Below, one piece after another: positions 8,186 through 15,931 of a stretch of 57,963 nt of DNA; position 1 is the first letter of the stretch, and every line of letters starts with the position of its first letter. A program made the translations under genes and the position numbers. The stretch covers positions 1-57,963 of IMG/VR virus record IMGVR_UViG_3300033997_000554, one strand, 5' to 3'. This DNA is from a virus. Taxonomy: Duplodnaviria > Caudoviricetes. The notes beneath the pieces were generated by a model. It did no database searches and was not told the DNA's origin. It was given only the letters and a program-made list of their open reading frames with translations.

Positions 8186-9346
8186 TCAGGAGATGGCAAG
8201 CAATTCACGGCCACCATCAGGGCGCATGGCCGTCACCACGCCGCGCAGCTCAAGGGCTTCGAGAAGCGACGCGGCGCGGTTGTAGCCAATGCGAAGATGG
8301 CGCTGAACAAGGGAAATGGACGCGCGGCGGTTCTCGACCACCACGCGGCGGGCTTCTGCCAGCAGCGGGTCGTCGCCGTCGTCGTCGGTGTCGTCGGCGC
8401 GCAGGGCCGGGCCTGTGCTGGTGCGGAACATGTCCGCTTGGCGGTCGTCGACGTATTCGCCGCCCAGGGCGTCGACCAGATCGGCCACCAGGCCGCGCAA
8501 GATGGTCGCCATGAGGAAAAAATCAGCCTCGAATTCCTCGGCTTCCGTCTTGGCGGTGCGTTCGACGTCCATCTGCACGACGTCGGCGGGGAGGATGCGT
8601 TTCAGCACCAGTTCGTCATCCAGCACGAACGAGATGCGGTCCTGCCACGTCAGGGCGAGGCGAGTGCACTGCATGCCGCTTTGGATGTGGTGGCGTACCT
8701 CCGCAGGGTCCAGGGGGCGATTGACGTACTGCACAGCGCCCGCACCTTCGCCAGCCGCCCGCAGGTCCGCCAGCGTGTCGATGGTGAAGCCTTCCGGCGC
8801 CTCATCATCGGCGAGCCAGGCAGTCATCGCGCCGGCCGCCGCCGTGCGCACGGACAGGCGGTCAAGCGCGAAGTGGTCGATGCTCTCGCACAGCAGGGCG
8901 ACCGCGGCGTCGCGCGGGCCGCTCGAGGCGCTGTCAATTCCCAGGCGGCCGGCGTAGGTGTCGATCCAGACCAGGACATCATCCTGCTGCCGGAACGCCG
9001 CGGGCAGCATCTGGTCGATGACCTGCTCGCGGATCTCCTTGCGCTGCTTTTTGCCGGGCTTGTAGCCCTGGGCCTCCTCGACCTTCGCCGCAGCTTCTTG
9101 CACCTGCAGGTCGATCGCCTTGGCGGGCATCACGCGCGATTCGGTGCGCTGGCGCAGCAGCAGATGGCCCTGCACCTCGTGCACGAGCCCGTAGCCCTCG
9201 TGAACCGGCGCCCAGCCGGTGGACTCGGCCTGCAGGTCGGTCGTGGGCACGAATTGATGCTGCTCCAGCATGCCGACCAACTGGGGCAGGGATACAGCCC
9301 ACCCGCCGGGCAGGCTGTAGACCGAGAGGTTGCGGAACAAAGCCAT
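8186..9346 (-). CDS. rdgC: Recombination-associated protein RdgC fused to a C-terminal FtsK gamma domain
   Basis: LFRNLSVYSL...STGW...LALTWQDRISFVL...LVDALGGE, then DPLLAEARRVV...ASISLVQRHLRIGYNRAASLLEALE. Confidence 0.9.
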   Translation of the reverse strand: MALFRNLSVYSLPGGWAVSLPQLVGMLEQHQFVPTTDLQAESTGWAPVHEGYGLVHEVQGHLLLRQRTESRVMPAKAIDLQVQEAAAKVEEAQGYKPGKKQRKEIREQVIDQMLPAAFRQQDDVLVWIDTYAGRLGIDSASSGPRDAAVALLCESIDHFALDRLSVRTAAAGAMTAWLADDEAPEGFTIDTLADLRAAGEGAGAVQYVNRPLDPAEVRHHIQSGMQCTRLALTWQDRISFVLDDELVLKRILPADVVQMDVERTAKTEAEEFEADFFLMATILRGLVADLVDALGGEYVDDRQADMFRTSTGPALRADDTDDDGDDPLLAEARRVVVENRRASISLVQRHLRIGYNRAASLLEALELRGVVTAMRPDGGRELLAIS

Positions 9347-9361
9347 TTCGGTCACCTGGCC

Positions 9362-10564
9362 TTATTCGGGCGCCTGGACGCTGCGGCGCCGCGTGCTGCC
9401 GCCGCGCTGGGCCTCGGACGTCAGTGACAGGCGCCTCGATTGGTACAGCTGATGCAGCCGGGCCCGCTCGCCAAGGTCGTCTACGCCGTCGATCGAGTCG
9501 CTGGCCAGGTCCAGGACGTCGATGGTCTTGGCGCTCTGGATCTGGTGTTCCACCTTGGCCGGATCCAGGCCGCCGCCTTCGTTGCCAGCGGTGGGGAGTT
9601 CGGCTTGGTTCTGCTCGGTGGGTTTGGCCTGCGGCTCGGATGAGGCCCTGGCCGCCGTCGCCGTGCGGTGCGCCGGGTTACCTGCCTCGGCCTGCGCCTT
9701 CGTGGGCGCGGTGTCGGGTTGGGCAGACTGAGGCGGCTGGCGCGTACCTTCGTCAGCCTGCCGCATCACTTCGCCGGTTTCGCGGTCAATTTCCTCGACC
9801 GGGCGGCCGGTGTCCATGTCGATAACGATGCCTTGTTCGATGTTGACACCGCGGCCCGCCTCGGCAGCGTGGCTGACCGCCAACGCATTGGAAACCTCGA
9901 TCGAGCACGGCATGTACTTGAGCACCTGGAGGAGCGGGACCTTGCGCGCGTACATTTCCCAATCGCGGTAGCTGTAGTGCTTGCGGCCGACCTTGTTGTA
10001 CTTGTCGCGGTGTTTCTCAATTTTCGACACGCGCCAGAGTTCGATGATGGGCATTGCGGCATCGCGCACCCAGCCGATGGCATAGGCATGCGTGATGTCC
10101 TCGGGTGCGTCCAGGTCTGTTTCGTTGTGGATGACCAGGTCGCGGCGCGCTCCGTCGGTGAACGTGTACTCTTGGTCGCGGAAGATCACGCCGGTGAATA
10201 CAGTGCCGCGCCCGCTGCGCGCGACCAGGTCCACCAACCCTTTCCAGCCGGGGACGAATGTGCAGGTGCGACCGTAGGGAATCAGGTAGCCTTGTCCATT
10301 GACGCCGGGCTCAAGGCCCAGCTGGCCGGCGGTCATGATCGAGGCTGCGATGCTGTGCTGGTCGCAGTTCTGCAGCTGAGTGCTGCTGCTGAATGCCGTA
10401 AGAGCGAGACGGGACATGCGGTCGGCAGTCAGATGCTTGGGGAGCGCCAGGGCGAGCTGCGGCTTAAACCTGTCCATAAAGTGGCTGAACGCGGCCAGCG
10501 GCGTTTTGGTAGGCTGGTTCGTCTTCTGCAGGTCTGCCATGCTGGTGGATTGCTGGGCGGTCAT
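9362..10564 (-). CDS. recT: RecT-family single-strand annealing recombinase
   Basis: ALPKHLTADRMSR, LGLEPG...GYLIPY, GWKGLVDL..RSG, WEMYARK..LKYMP. Confidence 0.9.
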   Translation of the reverse strand: MTAQQSTSMADLQKTNQPTKTPLAAFSHFMDRFKPQLALALPKHLTADRMSRLALTAFSSSTQLQNCDQHSIAASIMTAGQLGLEPGVNGQGYLIPYGRTCTFVPGWKGLVDLVARSGRGTVFTGVIFRDQEYTFTDGARRDLVIHNETDLDAPEDITHAYAIGWVRDAAMPIIELWRVSKIEKHRDKYNKVGRKHYSYRDWEMYARKVPLLQVLKYMPCSIEVSNALAVSHAAEAGRGVNIEQGIVIDMDTGRPVEEIDRETGEVMRQADEGTRQPPQSAQPDTAPTKAQAEAGNPAHRTATAARASSEPQAKPTEQNQAELPTAGNEGGGLDPAKVEHQIQSAKTIDVLDLASDSIDGVDDLGERARLHQLYQSRRLSLTSEAQRGGSTRRRSVQAPE

Positions 10565-10566
10565 AA

Positions 10567-10788
10567 TCAGCGTCCTTGCTTGTGGCTGTTGCGGTAGTCG
10601 CGGTACTCCGCGGCGGTGGCGAGCGCGACGGTCTGGCGCTCCTCGGGCTTGGCGTCGCGGTGGTACTGCTCGACCTGACTGACCAGGAACTGGGCGGGAT
10701 CCCAGGCCAGGTGCTGGGTCACTACCGACTTGCCGGCCTGATCGGTGCGCCGGACGAACACGTCGCGGCTGACGGGGTGAAGGGACAT
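10567..10788 (-). CDS. Small hypothetical protein
   Basis: 73 aa with GAGGAG RBS, between nuclease and recT. Confidence 0.7.
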   Translation of the reverse strand: MSLHPVSRDVFVRRTDQAGKSVVTQHLAWDPAQFLVSQVEQYHRDAKPEERQTVALATAAEYRDYRNSHKQGR

Positions 10789-10803
10789 GCGGGGCTCCTC
10801 TGG

Positions 10804-11607
10804 TTATCGGAAAAGGCAGGAAGACCAGCGCGCGCAGTACTTCGGGCTGCATAGGACGCTGGAGGGGTTGGGAGGGAAGAGGCCGGTGCGGAACATTGCG
10901 GCGGCGTGTTCGAGCAGGCCGGGCTTGTCGGGCTCGCCGACCATCACGCGGCGGGCATCGAAAACGGGGCTTACGGCCGTGGCCGGCCGGCTGCTGGTGG
11001 ACAGGGCGATGATTTGAGAGCCCACTGTCGTGACCTTTTTGGTGGCCTCGTACATGAGCTGGTAGGTGCCCGTCTGTGCGGCGCGGCCCTGGGTCACTGC
11101 CTTGCCGTCGACCAGGACGCGCGTGCCGGTCTTGACGTCGGGCACCACGATGCCGCCCTCGGTCGCAGCCACGCGGGCGCGGTCCATGGTGCCGGTCAGG
11201 CGCACGGTCATGCCGTTGCCGCAGTCGATATTGAGCGGGTCCAACGTCGTCTCGACGTCGATGTACTCGAAGCGGGGCGCGATTTCGGCGCAGTACTTGA
11301 CCAGCACCACCAGGGCGATGCGCTCGGCTTCGTCGATCGACAGGCCGTCCTGCGCCATGTCGACTTCCTGGGCGGGGTTGCGCAGTTCATCAACCAGGAC
11401 GCCGGCGGCGTCGTCGGGCGTGCAGGCCGTGCCGTCCAGGCGGGCGCGGTCGAACGCGGCCGTGCCGGCGTGCACGGCGGTGCCCAGCAGCGCGCGCACG
11501 CCGGCAGGCTTTCTCATGCCCAGGATGTGCGTGCCTTCCCAGGCGTGCGCGCAGTCGAACAGGCGGCCCCAGCTGGAGGCGCGGACGGTGAAAACGTTGG
11601 GTTCCAT
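10804..11607 (-). CDS. PD-(D/E)XK exonuclease, Cas4/AddB-like (RecT partner)
   Basis: GTAVH, GTMD...DVKTG, Q..TY, one N-terminal Cys plus C-terminal CSPKYCARWSSC (Fe-S staple pattern). Confidence 0.88.
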   Translation of the reverse strand: MEPNVFTVRASSWGRLFDCAHAWEGTHILGMRKPAGVRALLGTAVHAGTAAFDRARLDGTACTPDDAAGVLVDELRNPAQEVDMAQDGLSIDEAERIALVVLVKYCAEIAPRFEYIDVETTLDPLNIDCGNGMTVRLTGTMDRARVAATEGGIVVPDVKTGTRVLVDGKAVTQGRAAQTGTYQLMYEATKKVTTVGSQIIALSTSSRPATAVSPVFDARRVMVGEPDKPGLLEHAAAMFRTGLFPPNPSSVLCSPKYCARWSSCLFR

Positions 11608-11621
11608 GTCAGCAGCTCCGT

Positions 11622-11810
11622 TCAGCGCGAGGCGTGGCGCTCGGCGCCGGCCGGGTGGTGGCGCGGGGCATCGAGCGTGGGGCCCAGCACGCCCGTCATG
11701 GCGGCCAGGAAGATCACGCCGCCGACGATGCCGGCCGCGTAGGAAGCCGCGTCCAGGTCGCGGCCCGTGCGGCGCGCGCGGCGCCAGACGATGCGGAGAC
11801 GGCGGATCAT
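11622..11810 (-). CDS. Small membrane protein
   Basis: 62 aa, basic N-terminus plus one hydrophobic helix; ATGA overlap. Confidence 0.6.
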   Translation of the reverse strand: MIRRLRIVWRRARRTGRDLDAASYAAGIVGGVIFLAAMTGVLGPTLDAPRHHPAGAERHASR

Positions 11811-12091
11811 GCTTCCCTCGCGTAGTCAGTGTCGGGCACGATCACGACATCGCCGTGGATGGGGCGCGGCTCGCCGCGCGCCGCCTCGTACAGATGGGAC
11901 GCCGCGGCGTTCACCGGTAGGCCCTTGGCGCCGGCCGACTGGTCGATGAGCATGGCGTGCTGGCGTTGGCCCAGGCTGACAATCTCGAGGGCGTCGGCGC
12001 CGATGAGCTGGCGGACGTCGATCAGCGCGTGCGGGCCGTGCAATTCGGTGTCCGTGCCGTCGGCGCGGACCAGCTTGCGGGTGGGCTTCAT
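11807..12091 (-). CDS. DUF3846-like protein
   Basis: MKPTRKLVRADG...MLID..G..KGLPVN..AS.LY...IHGDVVIV. Confidence 0.7.
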   Translation of the reverse strand: MKPTRKLVRADGTDTELHGPHALIDVRQLIGADALEIVSLGQRQHAMLIDQSAGAKGLPVNAAASHLYEAARGEPRPIHGDVVIVPDTDYAREA

Positions 12092-12297
12092 TGGCGGGGC
12101 TCCAGGGGCAGGCGCTGCCCTGCACGGATCTGGCGGCTGGGCAGGCAGGTAAAGACGGTGGTGATATTTCGGGGGAAGATCGCGCGGACGCGCTCGCATT
12201 CCGCAGCGGTTTCGAACCGCTCGATGCGCATGACCGGCGGGCGGTCGTGGCCGGCCGGCAAGAAGGCGAACAGCACCCAGATGGTGGCGACGGTCAT
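12088..12297 (-). CDS. Small hypothetical protein
   Basis: MTVATIWVLFAFL...FETAAECE...TCLP; ATGA overlaps at both ends. Confidence 0.6.
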   Translation of the reverse strand: MTVATIWVLFAFLPAGHDRPPVMRIERFETAAECERVRAIFPRNITTVFTCLPSRQIRAGQRLPLEPRQ

Positions 12298-12791
12298 TGG
12301 CGCGCCTCGCGTGCGAGACGGCAGACTTCGCCGGCGCGGCCGGCCTGCTGTTCGGTGAACATGCCGAAATGGCAGATGGACGGCGAAATGGCCAAAGCGC
12401 GCGCGAGCCAGGCATAGGCGGCGCTCTGCTTGCCTGCATACCGTTCGCCGACCAGCGCCAGGAAATCGGCCTTGGCGACCTTGCGCGCCTGGATAGTCGC
12501 CTTGGTGGCCATGATGCCCAGCGGCAGATCCGTGTCCGGGTGCAGGCCTACGTAGGCGCCGCATTGGCTGCAGAGATAGGCGAAAGGCCAGGGGCCGTAT
12601 TCGCGGCCGTATATCTCCGCGTTCGAAATGAGGCGCACCTGGCCGCCGCAGCAGTGGCACGCCTTGGGCGGCTCGATGCGATCGCGCACGCGCGCCAGCG
12701 CGCGCCGGGAAACGTAGGGGAGGGGGGCGGGCGCGGTCAGCTGGGTCTTGCTCCGGCTGCGCGGGTCGACGCCAAGGACTTGGATCGTCAT
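12294..12791 (-). CDS. DUF3268-like zinc-finger protein
   Basis: CHCCGG...IYGREYG.WP..YLC..CGAYVGLHP.T..PLG. Confidence 0.8.
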   Translation of the reverse strand: MTIQVLGVDPRSRSKTQLTAPAPLPYVSRRALARVRDRIEPPKACHCCGGQVRLISNAEIYGREYGPWPFAYLCSQCGAYVGLHPDTDLPLGIMATKATIQARKVAKADFLALVGERYAGKQSAAYAWLARALAISPSICHFGMFTEQQAGRAGEVCRLAREARQ

Positions 12792-12895
12792 ACGGTCGGG
12801 CTCCAGGGATCGGTGCGGCGCAGGACGGCCGCGATGAAGTCGATCGCGCGCGCCATGACATAGGCGACGGGAACGAGGATCAGGGCGCCGGTCAC
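12788..12895 (-). CDS. Very small hydrophobic protein
   Basis: 35 aa, GTGA/ATGA coupling to neighbours. Confidence 0.45.
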   Translation of the reverse strand: MTGALILVPVAYVMARAIDFIAAVLRRTDPWSPTV

Positions 12896-13260
12896 GGTTG
12901 CACCCCGCGGGCCAGGATCTGGCGGGCGCGCTTGACCAGTTCGGCCTGCAGCTGCTGAACGCCCTCGGCGCCGGCGCGCTGATCGAAGGGCCACTTGCTG
13001 ATCGCCGCCAGCACTACGCCGCCGGCGGCCTCGGCGGCCAGGTCGCACTGAAACGTCTCCGCCCACCACTCCAAGGACTCGCCGAAGGCCGTAGTGGCGC
13101 GGCCAGCGAACAGGTCGCAGAGGACGCTGAGAATGTCGGCGTCAGTCACGTCGTGTGAGCAGAGGCGAACCGGCGAACAGGTGCCGTAGCTGGCAATGGA
13201 GGTGTGGTTGGCGGGTATGCCCGCAGTGGGTGCGATCTTGTCCTGGGTTTGGACTTGCAT
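12892..13260 (-). CDS. First gene of leftward early operon, hypothetical
   Basis: 122 aa, GGGAG RBS, directly downstream of pL. Confidence 0.7.
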   Translation of the reverse strand: MQVQTQDKIAPTAGIPANHTSIASYGTCSPVRLCSHDVTDADILSVLCDLFAGRATTAFGESLEWWAETFQCDLAAEAAGGVVLAAISKWPFDQRAGAEGVQQLQAELVKRARQILARGVQP

Positions 13261-13309
13261 GCCTGTCTCCCTGGTTGAATTCGGCTCCGCCGCGTGCAGC
13301 GGGACTGAT

Positions 13310-13357
13310 TACCAGAAGGTTACCTTCAGGTAATTTTCAGAACAATACCTAAGGGTA
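13310..13357 (-). promoter_or_regulatory. pL promoter with three repressor operators (oL)
   Basis: Minus strand TTGTTC-N17-TAACCT (13345-13317); operators TACCAGAAGGTT 13310-21, TACCTTCAGGTA 13321-32, TACCTAAGGGTA 13346-57. Confidence 0.8.
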
Positions 13358-13375
13358 AACTTTTTTGTAACAGGC

Positions 13376-13400
13376 AAAGAAAAACCGCCCTGAGGCGGTG
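13376..13400 (-). terminator. Intrinsic terminator of the immunity transcript
   Basis: Minus strand ACCGCC-tcag-GGCGGT followed by TTTTCTTT. Confidence 0.75.
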
Positions 13401-13434
13401 TTGGTGGTTCTTAGGCGACGGGTGTAGCGGTGCG

Positions 13435-14058
13435 CTACAAGGGGGTCATCTTGCGAGGCATCGACTCTATCGGGGGCATCCTGGGCCGGCGCTGCTCAGA
13501 TGGAGGGACTTGCGGCTTACTGAACGAGAGGCACAGGGTATGAGCGCGGTTGAAAGCCTCGGTGAATCCGAACAACGAATACGAGATCGTTGCTGTATCG
13601 TACCCAAAGTCGTACTTGATCCGCACCTTGGAGCCAGCGGACATAGCGCGGAGGATCTCTGTAAATCCAGTAAATTCCTCGAGCTCCACAAATCCGTATC
13701 GGTCCCCCATCGATCCTCTCGAAAAACCCGGGACGAGGAATGGTCGACCACTATCGACACGTATCGTTAGATTAACGGGCACTTCTTTCTTGTCGGCTTG
13801 GAGAGCTTTCCCGTAATCAAAGATCGTGGAGATATCTTGGAGGCACGAAGGCGGGAAAAAGCTGACTGTCAGTACAGCGTCGTCATTCTCACCCGAGGTG
13901 CTGATTCTCGTGATCTTGGCTGGCCCGTCGGTCAACACTATGCTTGTCCAGCGCCCGTGGGTCTGCCGAAGGGAAGTCTGCCCTTGAGTGACTTGCGCCA
14001 TGCCCTGCGCACTAAATCCAATTATCGCGGCCGCACAGAAAAGTATCGGAATTCTCAT
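13435..14058 (-). CDS. Exported/periplasmic protein, IalB-like; lysogeny-expressed accessory gene
   Basis: Signal peptide MRIPILFCAAAIIGFSAQGMA, HGRW near the N-terminus, YSLFGFTEAF..A..LC near the C-terminus; AT-richer than flanks. Confidence 0.7.
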   Translation of the reverse strand: MRIPILFCAAAIIGFSAQGMAQVTQGQTSLRQTHGRWTSIVLTDGPAKITRISTSGENDDAVLTVSFFPPSCLQDISTIFDYGKALQADKKEVPVNLTIRVDSGRPFLVPGFSRGSMGDRYGFVELEEFTGFTEILRAMSAGSKVRIKYDFGYDTATISYSLFGFTEAFNRAHTLCLSFSKPQVPPSEQRRPRMPPIESMPRKMTPL

Positions 14059-14116
14059 TTGGTCACATTCGGGCTAAAAATTTCCGCAATTCGGTACAAG
14101 TTTGAGGTGCCGGTGC

Positions 14117-14494
14117 TCAGGCAGCCTTTTCGGTCTCGTCTCTTTTGATTGCTGGCTGCTCCGCGTATGCGTCGACTTGGCGCGCTACCCACTGTTCGAT
14201 ACCGCGGCGCTGTTCGGGCGTTAGCCCTTCGTAGGCCTGGCGGCTCACAGTCGCAAATGGCCACGCGCCGAGGTCATCTAGTCCATCAAACCAATAAGCG
14301 GGCAGGTCCAGGACAGACTCGAACTCGCGCACCATTTCCTCACCGAGCTTTTTTGTCCGGTTAAGCACACGCGACACGTAGTTCGCTGGCTTGCCGACAG
14401 CATTGGCGATAGTCGCTTGCTTACCTCCAAAACGCTCATTCATGAGTCGTTGGAAGCGAGCAAGGCGTGTCGCGTAGATATCGTCCATCTTCAT
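14117..14494 (-). CDS. cI: CI-like HTH repressor without an S24 peptidase domain
   Basis: 125 aa; GGKQATIANAVGKPANYVSRVL HTH, E..LDLPAYWFD; divergent from cro. Confidence 0.85.
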   Translation of the reverse strand: MKMDDIYATRLARFQRLMNERFGGKQATIANAVGKPANYVSRVLNRTKKLGEEMVREFESVLDLPAYWFDGLDDLGAWPFATVSRQAYEGLTPEQRRGIEQWVARQVDAYAEQPAIKRDETEKAA

Positions 14495-14501
14495 CGTTTG
14501 G

Positions 14502-14584
14502 AGTGTGGCCCGCTACGCGCCTAGGGGTAAACAACCTCCAGGTAAACAATCTGCTTGCACTAAAAGATTACCTGAGGGTAAAGT
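14502..14584. promoter_or_regulatory. Divergent pRM/pR promoters with three operators (oR)
   Basis: pR TTGCAC(14555)-N18-TAAAGT(14579); pRM minus strand TTTACC-N18-CACACT; operators CGCCTAGGGGTA 14518-29, AACCTCCAGGTA 14533-44, TACCTGAGGGTA 14569-80. Confidence 0.8.
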
Positions 14585-14591
14585 TTGGGCT

Positions 14592-14909
14592 ATGAGCACC
14601 TGCCCCAACACTCCTACCCGCATTCCGATTGAGCCGCTCCTCCGCTGGCTGCGCGAAACGCCGAGAGCCGAAGCCGAGGCCAAGTGTGCCGAGCGCGGTA
14701 CTTCGGTCGGATATCTGAGGCAGATAGCTTATGGCTACAAGCTCGCTGGCCTGAACGGTGCCGATATCGAGTTGATAACGGACGGACAATGCCGGCGTCA
14801 GGACCTGCGCCCTAACGACTATGCCCGCATTTGGCCGGAGTTGGCTGCACTGGAAAAGGGAAGGGCGCGGCCGCCTTCTACGCTGGCCGAGGGGGTGGAG
14901 CATGTCTAG
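14592..14909 (+). CDS. cro: Cro/YdaS-like transcriptional regulator
   Basis: GTSVGYLRQIAYG...IELITDGQCRRQDLRPNDYARIWPEL. Confidence 0.85.
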   Translation: MSTCPNTPTRIPIEPLLRWLRETPRAEAEAKCAERGTSVGYLRQIAYGYKLAGLNGADIELITDGQCRRQDLRPNDYARIWPELAALEKGRARPPSTLAEGVEHV

Positions 14910-15291
14910 CACCGCCAGCCGATTCATCCGTGCGATGCGCCAATACGACGCGGCCACGTTTGCTCGCCTCGCGGGGCAAGTCGAGGCAGCGATCGAGAAG
15001 GAACGGCGCAGTCGGGCGCTCAGTCCGACAGGAAGCCAGCTGGCAGCCGGTCGTCCGAATCGAACACTGCTATCAGTAACTCCGGTCGCACCGATACCGC
15101 AGGCGATTGGCCGTCCTCTCCCAGCACAAGGCGGACCAGACCATAGTCCGTGGCCCCGACCTGTGTGCACTTCACCTGCAGCGCTGCAGGCCGGTCCGTC
15201 GTTTCCGGATAAAGCTGCAATGGGTTTTTGCCAAGCAGCGTCGCCGCTGCCGCGAGCATCCGGTGCGTCAACGTCTCCGGGTGAAGCATGA
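14902..15291 (+). CDS. Hypothetical protein coupled to cro (3' part overlaps an antisense gene)
   Basis: GGAG RBS and ATG overlapping the cro end; only the first ~40 aa look protein-like. Confidence 0.4.
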   Translation: MSSTASRFIRAMRQYDAATFARLAGQVEAAIEKERRSRALSPTGSQLAAGRPNRTLLSVTPVAPIPQAIGRPLPAQGGPDHSPWPRPVCTSPAALQAGPSFPDKAAMGFCQAASPLPRASGASTSPGEA

Positions 15292-15310
15292 CGATTATTT
15301 CCTTGCTCAT
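15020..15310 (-). CDS. Counter-oriented small hypothetical protein
   Basis: MSKEIIVMLHP...RLPAGFLSD, 96 aa; GGGGA RBS; TAGAAT -10 element at 15360-15355. Confidence 0.6.
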   Translation of the reverse strand: MSKEIIVMLHPETLTHRMLAAAATLLGKNPLQLYPETTDRPAALQVKCTQVGATDYGLVRLVLGEDGQSPAVSVRPELLIAVFDSDDRLPAGFLSD

Positions 15311-15393
15311 CGAGAGTTCCCCCAACGTAGGAAAGGGCGGTGTAGGAGCCTCCGATTCTACGTTGCGTGGGAACCCCGTGCGGGGAGGGCGCG

Positions 15394-15624
15394 ATGCCTG
15401 AGCAGCCGCCGCCGGCCGTCGCCGCGTCGCCATCCCGCCGCCGTCTGCTGCTGGGCCTGGCTTCGGCGCCGCTCGCCATTGGCCTGCCGGACCTGCGGCC
15501 GCCCGCGCCCGTGGTGCTGGGCTTCGACCTGGCCGGAGCCGTCGACGTGACCGCCACCTGCATCCGATTTTTCGACGCCGCCGGCCGCCTGCGCTTGGTC
15601 ATCGGCGCTTTTTCTTCCCCTTGA
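15394..15624 (+). CDS. Small protein with a twin-arginine-like signal
   Basis: SRRRLLLGLASAPLA; GGGAGG RBS. Confidence 0.55.
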   Translation: MPEQPPPAVAASPSRRRLLLGLASAPLAIGLPDLRPPAPVVLGFDLAGAVDVTATCIRFFDAAGRLRLVIGAFSSP

Positions 15625-15696
15625 GCTGACTGCATGCCGGCATTGTGCCCGCCGCCGCGCGCCAGGCCCAGCCGAGCAATATCCGATAGGTAACCC

Positions 15697-15927
15697 ATGA
15701 CGAACCCGACCCTGCATTCCCTGGAATCCCGCCCCGCCGAATCCTCGACTGGCGGCAAATGCACTGAGCGGCTGGACATTCCCTGCACCGCTGACCTGTA
15801 TGACGCGATCGCGGCGCTGGCCACCATGAGTGGCAAGACGAAGGCCGAGTACGCGCGCGCTGTGCTGGAGCAGCATGCGTTCGGCGCGATCGGCTTTGTG
15901 CGCGCACGCGCCGGCACGGTGGCATGA
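15697..15927 (+). CDS. Ribbon-helix-helix-like regulator (CII position)
   Basis: ERLDIPCTADLYDAIAALATMSGKTKAEYARAVLE strand-helix-helix pattern. Confidence 0.7.
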   Translation: MTNPTLHSLESRPAESSTGGKCTERLDIPCTADLYDAIAALATMSGKTKAEYARAVLEQHAFGAIGFVRARAGTVA

Positions 15928-15931
15928 CGCC

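Noticed and set aside
5837-9427. 1196-aa plus-strand ORF
   Set aside because: Antisense shadow of the exonuclease, SMC-like and rdgC genes, typical of high-GC DNA; no motifs
10804-11607. Cas4-like gene as evidence of CRISPR-Cas
   Set aside because: No repeat-spacer array or other cas genes; context next to recT indicates a recombination exonuclease
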